Below are positions 13,400 through 29,097 of a DNA stretch of 64,000 nucleotides, one piece after another. Position numbers and translations under genes: made by a program. The stretch comes from Eledone cirrhosa (lineage: Eukaryota). How positions within the stretch are numbered: position 1 is the stretch's first letter; every line of letters begins with the position of its first letter. The notes under the pieces are model-generated. The model was given only the letters and a program-made list of their open reading frames with translations. It had not been told where the DNA came from and did no database searches. The stretch lies in the NCBI GenBank assembly GCA_964016885.1, contig OZ024747.1:21576001-21640000 (forward strand). Direction: 5' to 3'.

Positions 13400-14200
13400 C
13401 ACTGCACCCAGTCAACCCTGTAAGGTAGCGGGGCTGATACCACAATAAAAAGCATCTGGTTCAACTTGTAAAGTGGTAGCGCTGATGCCATGATAAAAAG
13501 CACCCAGTTAACACTGTAAAGTGATAGTGATGATGCCACAATGAAAAGAGCACCTACCTCACCCTGTAAGGTGGTAGTGCTGGTACCATGATAAAAAGCA
13601 TGTAGTACACCCTACAAGGTGGTAGTGCTGGTACCATGATAAAAAGCAGGTAGTACACCCTACAAGGTGGTAGTGCTGGTACCATGATAAAAAGCATGTA
13701 GTACACCCTACAAGGTGGTAGTGCTGGTACCATGATAAAAAGCATGTAGTACACCCTACAAGGTGGAAGTGCTGGTACCATGATAAAAAGCATGTAGTAC
13801 ACCCTACAAGGTGGTAGTGCTGGTACCATGATAAAAAAAAGCACCAAGTCCACCCTACAAGGTGGTAGTGCTGGTATCATGATAAAAAAAAGCACCAAGT
13901 CCACCCTACAAGGTGGTAGTGGTGGTATCATGATAAAAAAGCACCAAGTCCACTCTACAAGGTGGTAGTGCTGGTACCATGATAAAAAAAAGCACCAAGT
14001 CCACCCTACAAGGTGGTAGTGGTGGTATCATGATAAAAAAAAGCATCAAGTCCACCCTACAAGGTGGTAGTGCTGGTACCATGATAAAAAAGCACCAAGT
14101 CCACCCTACAAGGTGGTAATGCTGGTACCATGATAAAAAAAAGCACCAAGTCCACCCTGTCAAGTGATTGACATTACAAAAGGCATCCAGCTGTAGAAAC
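13400..14200. repeat. 48-52-bp minisatellite, probably expanded from a SINE/RTE-related segment
   Basis: accctacaaggtggtagtgctggtaccatgataaaaagca.. about 12-15 times; ends in aaggcatccagctgtagaaac, also found in the RTE 3' UTR. Confidence 0.85.
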
Positions 14201-14228
14201 GAAGCCGATTATGGAACATAGGAGCAAG

Positions 14229-14315
14229 ACATGACCACCTATCTAACAAGAGGGTTAGATAGGTGGTCATGTTCTAAGGCTGACCAGTCTAGCCTTAGAA
14301 CATGACCACCTATCT
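14229..14315. repeat. Nested fold-back (A-A'-B-B'-A) inverted repeat
   Basis: acatgaccacctatctaac / gttagataggtggtcatgt, then tctaaggct / agccttaga, then acatgaccacctatct again. Confidence 0.85.
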
Positions 14316-14725
14316 CACCCTCACTCTCCTCTCCCTCCATAATACCAGATCTACTGGAGATATTACTCCAATGTCATTCCACACACACATACACACACAC
14401 ACTTAAAAGACAAGTGTTTAACAACCCATTGTTTGCTTAAATTAGTCACTAGCCATGGGATATACATACAAGCCAGTTGTACAAAAGACTTGCTCAACGT
14501 ATGGCTAATTTTATTTGAAATGGATGCAAAACAATAGTTACATTTCTAAAATAGCAGAGATACTGATACTGTTATTGTTGTTGCTGCTGCTGCCACTACT
14601 ACTGCTACTTCTATTGATACTACTACTACTATTACTACTGCTGCTACTATAACAGCTGCTACTAATAATAATACTATCACTACTACTATTACTATTGTTG
14701 CTGCTACTGATACTATTACTGCAAG

Positions 14726-14759
<34 letters not shown>

Positions 14760-14769
14760 GTTGTCACCA

Positions 14770-17700
14770 CATCACCAACACTACCACCACCAACACTAAC
14801 ATCAACAACACTACCATCACCAACACTACCACCACCAACACTACCATCACCAACACTACCACCACCGACACTACCACCACCAACACTACCACCACCGACA
14901 CTACCACCACCAACACTACCACCACCAACACTACCACCACCAACACTACCACTACCAACACTACCACCACCAACACTACCACCACCAACACTACCACTAC
15001 CAACACTACCACCACCGACACTACCACCACCAACACTACCACCACCAACACTACCACCACCAACACTACCACTACCAACACTACCACCACCGACACTACC
15101 ACCACCAACACTACCACCACCAACACTACCACTACCAACACTACCACCACCAACACTACCACCACCAACACTACCACTACCAACACTACCACCACCGACA
15201 CTACCACTACCAACACTACCACCACCGACACTACCACCACCAACACTACCACCACCAACACTACCACCACCAACACTACCACTACCAACACTACCACCAC
15301 CGACACTACCACCACCAACACTACCACCACCAACACTACCATCACCAACACTACCACCACCAACACTACCATCACCAACACTACCACCACCAACACTACC
15401 ACCACCGACACTACCACCACCAACACTACCATCACCAACACTACCAATACCAACACTACCACCACCGACACTACCACCACCAACACTACCACAACCAACA
15501 CTACCACAACCAACACTAACATCAACAACACTACCACCACCAACACTACCATCACCAACACTACCAATACCAACACTACCACCACCGACACTACCACCAC
15601 CAACACTACCATCACCAACACTAACATCAACAACACTACCACCACCAACACTACCACCACCAACACTACCATCACCAACACTACCACCACCAACACTACC
15701 AATACCAACACTACCACCACCGACACTACCACAACCAACACTAACATCAACAACACTACCACCACCAACACTACCACCACCAACACTACCAATACCAACA
15801 CTACCACCACCGACACTACCACCACCAACACTACCACCACCAACACTACCACCACCAACACTACCATCACCAACACTACCACTACCAACACTACCACCAC
15901 CGACACTACCACCACCAACACTACCACCACCAACACTACCACTACCAACACTACCACAACCAATACTAACATCAACAACACTACCACCACCAACACTACC
16001 ACCACCAACACTACCAATACCAACACTACCACAACCAACACTAACATCAACAACACTACCACCACCAACACTACCACCACCAACACTACCAATACCAACA
16101 CTACCACCACCGACACTACCACCACCAACACTACCACCACCAACACTACCACCACCAACACTACCATCACCAACACTACCACTACCAACACTACCACCAC
16201 CGACACTACCACCACCAACACTACCACTACCAACACTACCACCACCAACACTACCACCACCAACACCACCAACACTACCACCACCGACACTACCACCACC
16301 AACACTACCACAACCAACACTACCACCACCAACACTACCACTACCAACACTACCACCACCAACACTACCATCACCAACACTACCACCACCGACACTACCA
16401 CCACCAACACTACCACTACCAACACTAACATCAACAACACTACCACCACCAACACTACCACCACCAACACTACCACCACCAACACTACCACCATCAACAC
16501 TACCATCACCAACACTACCACTACCAACACTACCACCACCGACACTACCACCACCAACACTACCACCACCAACACTACCACCATCAACACTACCACCATC
16601 AACACTACCACCATCAACACTACCATCACCAACACTACCACCACCAACACTACCACCACCAACACTACCACCACCGACACTACCATCACCAACACTACCA
16701 CCACCGACACTACCACCACCAACACTACCACCACCAGCACTACCACCACCGACACTACCACCACCAACACTACCACCACCAACACTACCACCACGAACAC
16801 TACCACCACCAACACTACCACCACCAACACTACCACCACCAACACTACCACCACCAACACTACCACCACCAACACTAACATCAACAACACTACCACCACC
16901 AACACTACCACCACCAACACTAACATCAACAACACTACCACCACCAACACTACCACCACCGACACTACCACCACCAACACTACCACCACCAACACTACCA
17001 CCACCAACACTACCACTACCAACACTACCACCACCAACACTAACATCAATAACACTACCACCACCAACACTAACATCAACAACACTACCACCACCAACAC
17101 TACCACCACCAACACTACCACCACCGACACTACCACCACCAACACTACCACCACCAACACTACCACCACCAACACTAACATCAACAACACTACCACCACC
17201 AACACTACCACCACCGACACTACCACCACCAACACTACCACCACCAACACTACCACCACCAACACTACCACCACCAACACTACCACCACCAACACTAACA
17301 TCAACAACACTACCACCACCAACACTACCACCACCAACACTAACATCAACAACACTACCACCACCAACACTACCACCACCGACACTACCACCACCAACAC
17401 TACCACCACCAACACTACCACCACCAACACTACCACTACCAACACTACCACCACCAACACTAACATCAACAACACTACCACCACCGACACTACCACCACC
17501 AACACTACCACCACGAACACTACCACCACCGACACTACCACCACCAACACTACCACCACCAACACTACCACCACGAACACTACCACCACCAACACTAACA
17601 TCAACAACACTACCACCACCAACACTACCACCACCAACACTACCACCACCGACACTACCACCACCGACACTACCACCACCAACACTACCACCACCAACAC

Positions 17701-18310
17701 TAACATCAACAACACTACCACCACCAACACTACCACCACCAACACTACCACCATCAACACTACCACCACGAACACTACCACCACCATCACCACCACCACC
17801 AACACTACCACCACCAACACTAACATCACCAACTCTCCCACCAACACTACCACCAACACTACCATCACCAACACTACCACCACCAACACTACCACCACCG
17901 ACACTACCACCACCGACACTACCACCATCAACACTACCACCACGAACACTACCACCACCAACACTACCACCACCAACACTACCACCACCGACACTACCAC
18001 CACCAACACTACCACCACCAACACTAACATCAACAACACTACCATCACCAACACTACCACCACCAACACTACCACCACCGACACTACCACCACCGACACT
18101 ACCACCATCAACACTACCACCACGAACACTACCACCACCATCACCACCACCACCAACACTACCACCACCAACACTAACATCAACAACACTACCACCACCA
18201 ACACTACCACCACCAACACTACCATCACCAACACTACCACCAACACTACCACCACCACCAACACTACCACCACCAACACTACCACCAACACTACCACCAA
18301 CACTACCACC
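14770..18310. repeat. 15-bp minisatellite (CCAACACTACCACCA)n, about 235 units
   Basis: Direct reading; variant units such as ctaacatcaacaaca recur in higher-order blocks. Confidence 0.95.
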
Positions 18311-19068
18311 CCGTCCATCACCCTGCACCAGGGAAGCCTCTACATGGATGCTCTATCTGCTAGCAATAACAGACAAACCCTCCTAAAATCCCATCCATAC
18401 TCCAGTCTTAGAAAAAGACATATCAGATAGTGTGATTCTCAGGTTCCTGTTCACTGTAAAAATAAATGTGTTGGTCATCGTAACTAGGAGATCTTTGATT
18501 CGAGGCCTTGCTTGGTCACAATTGACCTAGGGCTAAACAACAACAACTGATTGACTGTTGCTAGTTTCATTGATGGGTGTTCTTGTTGTTTGATCAATGG
18601 ATCAGCCAGCTCATGAAATTAACATGAAAGTGGCTGAGCATTCCACAGGCATGTGTACCTTAATTCTCGCAGAGATTCAGTGTGACACAGTGTGTAACAA
18701 GGCTGGCCCTTTAAATTACAGTTACAGTCCATCCAATGAGCTTCTAAACAGTTTCTGTCTATTCAGTTTTACTTACAAGGTGTGGATTGACCCCGTGCTA
18801 ATGTAAATGACACATGCTCACGATGCCATGCAGTGGGGACAAACCAGAGACTTAATGATTGCAAAGAGAACTCCTTAACCATTTGGTCATGATGTGTCCA
18901 GGGAGAGAGAAAGACAGTGTCCAAGACCCTTTTCAGAAACTCCAAAATTGGTGGATGGGTGGAAGGTGTACTCAAACCAAAGACATGGCTCAAATACTTG
19001 CAACCGAGTGGACTCCTCTAAAGGTAACAAAGGACCAGGTGGTAGTGTTAAAGTGTGTGATCTATTAA

Positions 19069-19289
19069 CCCTTTAGTATTTACATTACTCTATATATGCT
19101 ATTATATTTTTATGGTAAAGGCTTTACCTTATATAATTATCTCACATAATATTGAATCTATGAGATTTTGATATTATTTATTTTGAGAACAATACCCTAA
19201 TATCAGTATGAGTGGCTGGTTACGGCTGGTTTGAACAGAAAGAAGTGAGAGAATTCTGGCCAGATGCAGCCAGTTTAAATGCTAAAGGG
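19069..19289. mobile_element. piggyBac-like MITE
   Basis: TTAA on both sides; terminal inverted repeats (TIRs) ccctttagtattta / taaatgctaaaggg with 1 mismatch. Confidence 0.75.
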
Positions 19290-20489
19290 TTAAGTCTATC
19301 ACCCAAGTAAATCAAAGTGCTTTTTGAACTCAGTATGCAAAGGATGAGGACAAACACTATAAGGCATCCCACTGGACATTCTAGCAAACCATCCACCCTC
19401 TCGACTGTTACTTTCTTTTATTGAGTTCAAAAGGATGAATGGCAAAGTTAACCTCGACTGTGTAGTGGGAAATACAGGCTTAGTAATTTTCTTAAAACTA
19501 GGTTTGTCAGCTTACTAAACTCATTGGACTAACAGGGCGCATAACTGTGAGAGTCACCACTACAACACCACCACTAGCACAACTGTCACCACCACACTAC
19601 CACTACCACAACTACCAACACTGTCACCACTACACCACCACTACGCCATCACCATCACTACTGCTACACACCAACACACTACCACAACTACCACCACCAA
19701 CACACTACCACAACCACCACCACCAACACACTACCACAACCACCACCACCACCGTTACACCATCACTACCACCACTACAACAGCACCATAACAGATAGAA
19801 AGAAAGAAAGAAAGAAACAACAACAATGTCGACGGTGACAATGGTGGCGAACAATAACAACCACAACAACAGCAGCAATATAAACAATGAGATAAATAGA
19901 ATATTTCAGCGTGGAACATTCAAAAAATAATATTGAAACTTTGTTGGGTAGGAAAGTTTTGTTGATAGTCAAACAGACAGGAAGATAGTCAGTGTTGAAG
20001 ACGGTGTACTGGAATTCTATCACAATATATCGGATTAAGGGAGAGAATACTGGGAACAGATAAGAGTATTTGTTGTTATTGTTATTTTTGTGATCTTATA
20101 TGTTGGTTGTTGTTGTTGTTTTTGTTATTGTGGTTATTTATTTCTTGTTTTGAGCTGGTTACGGAGCTGGTTACGGAAAAGAAGAGAGATTGTGGGAAAG
20201 AAAGAGAGTGTCCTTGGGTGTCTTAAAGAACAAGGAAAGGGACGAAAAAAGAGTACAGAACACAGACGTAAAAGTTGAGAGTATTTATGTTATATGTTAA
20301 TAGTTTGACAAATTCCCACATTACCAGCGGTTTATTGATGGAAACTTACGTCTTACATCAGAGACGTCTTTACGTCTTGATACCGGCCAACATTGCATTA
20401 AAAAAATAGCGAGGTACTGGTACTGTGTAACAGACTGTTTCAATATATTGACACCTCATATGTGTGTGTGTGTGTTTGTGTACACTCAT

Positions 20490-20647
<158 letters not shown>

Positions 20648-20688
20648 GAGAGTAAAACAAAGAAGCCTTTAATACATCAAAAGTTTTT

Positions 20689-20733
20689 ATTAGCCGACAA
20701 TGTTTCGTCCTATTAAGGACTCATCAGGGCAAT
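20689..20733 (-). ncRNA. Type I hammerhead ribozyme (inverted copy)
   Basis: Reverse complement of the 21038-21082 motif. Confidence 0.85.
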
Positions 20734-21037
20734 TAAAACAACAAGAAGTAATATCGGCAGATACAAGGTATATTATTATAATGTATTATATTATATTACA
20801 TTGTGTTATATATAATTCCTGCTCTATATAACCACCTTTGCTTAGCTTTAGGTTATTTGCTTTGAACTATATTTGTAATATGGTTCTTAATGTTATATAC
20901 ATCCTTAGTTATTCTTATTATATATTTTTATTATTTTTAATTTTATTATATATTTTTGCAAGACTTTAGTGTATGTACAATCCATATTCTTCGGAGCTTC
21001 CGGCTTGTATCTGCCGATATTACTTCTTGTTGTTTTA

Positions 21038-21082
21038 ATTGCCCTGATGAGTCCTTAATAGGACGAAACATTGTCGGCTAAT
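21038..21082 (+). ncRNA. Type I hammerhead ribozyme with canonical core
   Basis: attgcc-CTGATGA-GTCC(ttaata)GGAC-GAAA-c(att)g-TC-ggctaat; GUC triplet, predicted cleavage after 21075. Confidence 0.88.
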
Positions 21083-21679
21083 AAAAACTTTTGATGTATT
21101 AAAGGCTTCTTTGTTTTACTCTCTTAATTTTTTGGCTCTGTTTAACTGCATTGAGCTATACCTTTTACTGTCATTTCTATAATACGAAGAGGGTGTTTAA
21201 CTCCAACACGCTCCAGTATTTTAATCCTATATATATATATATATATATATATAGAAAATAATTGTTTCTACTTTTGAAAAATAACATGGTCGGCTGTACA
21301 ATAGGGTTTATTTACAGTATTAACAATTGTTTCTTTAGTCGGGTGAGTCTAAAAGTCGCTGATCGTTAGAAGTTACGTCCCTCGACTTTTTTTCATGTAG
21401 AGTAACACCTGATCAAACAGCTTTGTTGTGTAAGCTGGGTCTCAATATTAGAACCAAGACCATGCCATACCCGACCAAATCGTCAGAATACTGAGGAAAC
21501 TATCCTCAACACAGAGTACTCATAACCTCTAGCTGGATTACCTTAAACGACACCTTGTTATCCTATATATATGTGTGTGTGTGTGTGTGTATTTATGCAT
21601 ATGTATATGCATACCAACGTCACTTCTTATATGTGCGCACGCGCAACCTTCAACTTTTCCAGAAAGCTTTACCAAAATA

Positions 21680-22480
21680 CCTTCTCTTCTTCTTCGCCCA
21701 CATATTCTTAAGAGAGTCGTGTGGGCAGAGTCCTCAAACACACCTCCCATCAGGCCCTGTCAGAAGCAACCGTCTCCAACTGGATCCCCAAGCGAGTCTA
21801 GCCAAGCTCACGGTTGTTATCCAACCACCTTGCTCGGGATCTGCGCCTGGGTCTCCTGCCAGTTAGTTTTGACATTTTAACCACATGCCCACTGTATCGG
21901 AACAGTGATCTCTCAATTCTCTGATCTCTGAGGTACGCACCCTTGACTCTCTGATCTCTGAGGTACGCACCCCTGACTCTCTGATCTCTGAGGTACGCAC
22001 CCCTGACTCTCTGATCTCTGAGGTACGCACCCTTGACTCTCTGATCTCTGAGGTACGCACCCTTGACTCTCTGATCTCTGAAGTACGCACCCCTGACTCT
22101 CTGATCTCTGAGGTACGCACCCCTGACTCTCTGATCTCTGAGGTACGCACCCCTGACTCTCTGATCTCTGAAGTACGCACCCTTGATAGTGTCTTACTCC
22201 CATATTGATGGTTTCGATTTAGCTCCATTTATTCAAACACAAATACTCGGGCATTCGTATAGAGACTTCAGGAAAACAAGAAGCTGAATATTGGCACCAT
22301 ACTCTTGCAGAACCTTCCACAGCAAGTCCCGAGGAACGTGGTCATATGTCTTTCTAAGGCTTACAAAACAAGAATATACCTCTTGGCTATACTCCCACGA
22401 TTTCTTGAACACATGTGGCAGTGTAAATATTTAGTCGACTGTGCTGCGTCCAGAGCGAAAACCGCACCGTTCATCAGCTA
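21680..22480 (-). pseudogene. Internally deleted RTE LINE relic (RT fragment joined to the 3' end)
   Basis: Minus translation ERCGFRSGRSTVD*IFTL..KKSWEY..CFVSLRKTYDHVPRDLLWKVLQEYG, then QGCVL; 3' part LGWTRLGIQLETVASDRA*W..LPTR with a (GAA)n tail. Confidence 0.8.
21915..22185. repeat. 30-bp tandem repeat, about 9 copies, at the RTE deletion junction
   Basis: ctctgatctctgaggtacgcacccctgact repeated. Confidence 0.92.
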
Positions 22481-22565
22481 GCTTGGGCGGAACATTCTCC
22501 CGGCATCTCTTTGCCAGACACCAAAATACCTCCTTTTGAAAAACGGCGGAAGTATTCTGTCCATC

Positions 22566-22614
<49 letters not shown>

Positions 22615-22699
22615 TGTATATATATGGTTTAGTGGGGTGGTTCTTCTCTGAAGACTTGCTATCCAGCTCTTCTGAGAGATTCTTTTTTACCACTATATA

Positions 22700-22747
<48 letters not shown>

Positions 22748-22824
22748 GAGGTGTATATGAAAGTATATATGATATGTTTATGATTAGTAAACATACATAT
22801 GCGTATGTATACATATATATATAC

Positions 22825-22889
<65 letters not shown>

Positions 22890-23779
22890 GTCAATATTTT
22901 CTTTCTGCAACAAATAAGGAAGTTTCAATTAATCTAGAATGTTTGGCACTTATTTGTTTGTTTAATCACGAAGTCTTAACGTCCCACCCCACCCCCAACG
23001 TCCCACCCCCATCTCCCCGCTCACTAATATTTTTTTCGCGCCTTTAAAAAAAAAACATAGATTTTCATGTCTGGACAATAAATAAAGTAGTTTTTATTAT
23101 AAACAATAAGGAATGGCAATCTACTTCTTTATACAAGTATTTATGTATTGGAAGGAATGTGAGCTTGTTGAATGAAGTGTTTGTGGTATTTCTTCTGGGT
23201 CTTTACGTTCTGTGTGCAAATCTCGCCGAGGTCAACTTTGCCCTTCAGTCAGTCAAGTACTGGGGTTGATTCATTCTACTTTTGTCTCCTCCTCTCAAAT
23301 TGCTGTCCTTGTGCCTAGATTAAAAGCTAAATTAAATGTTTGTAAAAATGTGACAATCCGTGTTTATGTGTTCAATCAAATGAACACCATATTCGTTGAA
23401 TTGGCTGAGTATTTCATAGACACGTGTACCCATAACGAATTCTCAAACAGAATTAACATAATCTGCCCAATGGGTCTCTGCTCAGGTTCCGTCTACCTCT
23501 TTTCACTCACAATGCTTAAATCGAACCGAGAGCATGTTAAAAGACCCTTTCCCAAACTACCACCTTATATATGTGTGTTTGTTAATCAATAAAAGAATCA
23601 GACAAGGTTAAGTGAGTAATTAATCCATTGTTTTACGATCGTTTCAGAGAGCAAAATTGTCGATATATAAATTAAAGTGTAATCGTCTCCAAAAATCTGT
23701 ATGACTATAGCAATAGTCGATCTCTATAAATAGTTGGAAATCGAGTAAAGTACACCTGGAGATGGCAAAAATTAGACTG

Positions 23780-23855
23780 AGGTGCCTGTGAGGAATCGAA
23801 CCACGCATCTCTCGAATGCCGGGCTAGTGCGTTAACCATTATGCTAAGAAGTTCC
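23780..23855 (-). other. Degenerate tRNA-like (Pol III A/B box) repeat head
   Basis: Minus tagcataatggttaacgc...ggttcgattcc; related copies near 52540-52610 and 52800-52860; no good acceptor stem. Confidence 0.5.
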
Positions 23856-24024
23856 TAACCACTGATTTGCCGTCTTTTATAGGATTTTAATCTTCATCTA
23901 TTATTTTAGAAAATTATCTTAGAAAAATGAAAGACATATTGGGCAATGTAGTCATAGTTACACTGTATCAGAAATGGAATTCTTTGATCATTGGTCTGCT
24001 TGGCCAGAGATGACCTAGGTCAAG

Positions 24025-24064
<40 letters not shown>

Positions 24065-24592
24065 ATAAAACTTTTGTGTAAATGTTCAGTGTTTCTGTTT
24101 TTCTTAAATGTTGATGCAACCAAGATATATTGCCACAACTTTGGTCGTGCATTTTTACAATTCATGAAAATTAATATATGAAGCAGAAACGAAGCTATTT
24201 AGAAAAAAAAATGTCTCTACTATATACCAAACAATAAACGGGGAGGGTGAGAGAGCTGGAGACAATGGCAGTGGGAGTTCGGCTCCTCTGTGTTCGGACC
24301 TAGTGTACGTGTATGTGCATGCTTACTGTCTTATCATATAGAGATGTTTATAAATATATTTATAAACACTAGAAACAACTCATAAACAACACTGAACAGT
24401 CATATATAAAGAACGTCTAAATTGTATATTTTTAATAGGTTATTCTCTCCTTTTGTCTCTTCTCTTTACTATTTAATTATATTTATTCTCATCTCCCTTT
24501 TATTTTTTATATTTTCAGATCCAGTAAACAGACCTGGATTAATTACTTTGGGTCCTACCATTGTTTTATATGAAGGCTCTACTAACTACCCT

Positions 24593-25648
24593 ATGCTTAA
24601 GATGGCACCACCAAGGAATTTGCGATACTGGGTGTGCCTGTTCATCCTGGCCATCCAGTATTTCTTCATGTCTCTTATCTTCAATCAAAGAGGGATTATG
24701 AATATACTGCCAACGCGAACCAATCCTCTTGGACACAGCTTCCCACAAAGTATATATCGCAGATTGCTCCAAGAACAGTCTGAAAGAAAGAACCACTCTG
24801 GTAATTTACTTCAGAGAAATCCTAACTGTATAATAATTGGCGTTAGAAAATGTGGTACTCGTGCATTATTGGAATTTCTCTCAATCCATCCAAATATACA
24901 AATTTCAAAGTCTGAAATGCACTTTTTCAACAAAGAACACAATTACAAAAAGGGCTTAGAATGGTATCGGAAAGAAATGCCATATACCTATGAAGATGAA
25001 ATCACAATAGAAAAAACACCTGCTTATTTTATAACTAAAAAGGTTCCAGAAAGAATTTATAAAATGAACCAAACTATAAAGCTTTTGATTATATTTCGTG
25101 ACCCGACCGTTCGTGTCGTATCAGATTATACTCAGGTATGTCATAATCGAATGGCAGAAAATAAGACTTGCTTTCAGTTTAAAGACCTTGTAATGAATCC
25201 AATGATCAGTAAGGTTGATACCGACTACCGAGCAGTGGACACCAGTATATACTGTAAACATTTATTAAGATGGATGCGATTATTCCCGATAGAACAGATG
25301 CATTTTGTTGATGGGGACATTCTTCTGCATAACCCACTTCACGAGCTTCGTAAAGTCGAAACGTTCTTGAATTTAGAACACAAATTCACTGCAGATAACT
25401 TCTATTTCAATTCAACACGTGGCTTCTATTGTATGAGGAATACAACCACCGAGCGTTGCTTGTCTAGCGGCAAAGGACGCAAGCATGCCAAAGTAGATCC
25501 ATACATCTTAGATAATCTTCGAACATTCTTCGAACCATATAACAAACGTTTGTTTAAAATGATTGGTCGAAAATTTACATGGCCATGTTGTATCAATAAA
25601 ACTGCTATAACAAACACCTACAAAAACAATGATAGTAGCAATGAATAA
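24593..25648 (+). CDS. HS3ST: Heparan sulfate glucosamine 3-O-sulfotransferase (HS3ST1/HS3ST5-like), 351 aa type II membrane protein
   Basis: N-terminal TM segment YWVCLFILAIQYFFMSLIF; 5'-PSB IIGVRKCGTRALLEFL; EMHFF; EKTPAYF; 3'-PB FRDPTVRVVSDY; FYFNSTRGFYC..CLSSGKGRKH. Polypyrimidine tract and ttttcag acceptor at 24518; start at ATG 24593 or 24602, or spliced from an upstream exon. Confidence 0.93.
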   Translation: MLKMAPPRNLRYWVCLFILAIQYFFMSLIFNQRGIMNILPTRTNPLGHSFPQSIYRRLLQEQSERKNHSGNLLQRNPNCIIIGVRKCGTRALLEFLSIHPNIQISKSEMHFFNKEHNYKKGLEWYRKEMPYTYEDEITIEKTPAYFITKKVPERIYKMNQTIKLLIIFRDPTVRVVSDYTQVCHNRMAENKTCFQFKDLVMNPMISKVDTDYRAVDTSIYCKHLLRWMRLFPIEQMHFVDGDILLHNPLHELRKVETFLNLEHKFTADNFYFNSTRGFYCMRNTTTERCLSSGKGRKHAKVDPYILDNLRTFFEPYNKRLFKMIGRKFTWPCCINKTAITNTYKNNDSSNE

Positions 25649-25693
25649 ATAAATATATGAATACCCACCAAAATATATATATATATATATATA

Positions 25694-25747
<54 letters not shown>

Positions 25748-25948
25748 TATTTATATATATATATTACGCTAAAATCAAAAATAAAATCAATGGGATTTCA
25801 TGTTGAAAGGTTTATAAAAAAAGATTTTAAATCTATCATCGTGCATAGATTATTCAACTATTTTCCGAAAGTTAAATGTTATCAAGATTTATTTCTATGA
25901 AATATATCAGATATTATATCATGAGTGTTCTTTGTTTAAAAAAAATAT

Positions 25949-27250
<1,302 letters not shown>

Positions 27251-27861
27251 ATTCAGGTTTTCTGTAGCCCAAATATTTAAGACAACAATCTCATATTTTT
27301 TCTCCAGATACAATGTACCCCCACTCCCCTCAAATGAAACCTAATATACAGAATACAGAATAAAATGAAATGAAATTTTACAATATTCTCAAGAGTGCCA
27401 ACTCTGCTACGTGTTTTTTTTTTTTGTTGTTCTGTTTTGTTTTTTTAGGGGCTATTTTTTTTGTGCTTTTTCTTGACCTTGTTGAAAATATATATATATA
27501 TATATATATTTTTCTGAAGACGGCATATATATGTGTTGGTATGTATATTTAATTTTGATAGTTTGTATAATTTTGTATAATTTTGTACATAGATCTGTTG
27601 AATATGCATGCCAATTCTAACACATATATATCCTAGAAACGATCGTTAAATAATGAACTTTTTTTGTTTAATATAAGGAACTGTTTCATTGTTTTATTCA
27701 TTATTTTTTTAATATTTTATCTTGACTCTGTATTCCGTTTATCTTTCACCGAAAGTGATATTTCATTGCATCTCTTCTTTCCATGATATCCGGATTACAT
27801 TGAGTTCTTCATACGGATTGGACACTACCGTAAACTCTTGGTAGATTTATCTACATATATA

Positions 27862-27928
<67 letters not shown>

Positions 27929-28699
27929 TATAATCTGATTTTCTGAATAATTGAAACAGTTCTCATTTTGTATCACAATGAATAATAATTCTTTCTAATT
28001 TAGGCACAATGCCAATGCCAGCAATTTGGAGTAAGAGGAAAGTCAATTATACTAACTTCAGTACTTAAATGGTAATTTATTTTATCCGCGACCCCTAAAC
28101 CCCAGCGAGATTTGAACACGAAATGTAAAGAGCCGGAATAAATAACAAAGGATTTTGTTCAACATTCTTGTCATAATGAATAATAAAAAAGAATGGAATT
28201 GTCGAGTGTCGGATTAAACGTCCAGAGACATTTAATGACGTCATTAAGCCAGGGGAAATCCAGATTCGAATACAGTCAATTTCTTCCAAAGAAGGCGATA
28301 GTGTGATAGAGAGGAAGCGAGGAAAATATATAGAGAAAGAATCGACACCAGTACTGGACTGGTACTTTTATTATTGACCTCGAAAGGATGAGAAGCAAAG
28401 TTGACCTCGACGGGATAAAAACTCAGAAAATACATTTTATCCGACCTTCTAACGACTCTGCCAATTCGCTGCATCGATAAGTCATTAGGAAGGCTATTAA
28501 ATCTACTGTTACTTCTCCCAAATTTATATAAAATGTGTAATTATATTAGAAAATAATATTTCGAATAACACCCATTCATTGTCATCACTAGGAGTATCGA
28601 GAAAATTAGTGTTAGTCAAATTACTGGTGAGAGCGATATAATCGACTGTACCCCTGCTCTGTGTCCTTGAGTTGGTTAGAAATCATTATTAGTCATTAA

Positions 28700-29097
28700 A
28701 GGGTGATGAATTGGCAGTATCGGTAGAGGGGCGGACACGCTTTCCAGCATAGTTACGTCCCTTTATGATCTGAGTTCAAATCCCGCCGAGGTTAACTTTG
28801 CTTTCATCCATACGGGGTCGATAAAATAAAGTACCAGTAATGTACTGGGTAATTGCTGGCCTTGTGCCAAAAGTAGAAACAATTATTAGTCATTAGTCAT
28901 TAGTGCGGTTGATTTGCAATATCGGTAGAGGGTCGGACGCCATGCTTTGACGCATAGAGTTACGGCCCTTGCCATTCTGGGTTCAAATCCTGCCGAGGTT
29001 AACTTTGCCTTTCATCCTTACGGGGTCGATAAAATAAAGTACCAGTAATGCACTGGGCAATTGCTGGCCTTGTGCCAAAAGTAGAAACAATTATTAG
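28700..29097 (+). mobile_element. Two tandem SINE family A copies
   Basis: Two consecutive consensus matches. Confidence 0.85.

Noticed and set aside
14546-18328. 1260-aa Gly-rich and 1185-aa Val-rich ORFs
   Set aside because: Overlapping frames of a 15-bp minisatellite with no unique domain or signal peptide; treated as non-coding without expression data.
23780-23855. tRNA gene
   Set aside because: A/B boxes are present but the acceptor stem is poor and similar degenerate copies occur elsewhere, so it is repeat-derived.
24422-24518. N-terminal extension of the HS3ST ORF
   Set aside because: It starts at TTG and runs through a polypyrimidine tract ending in ttttcag, so it is intron sequence.
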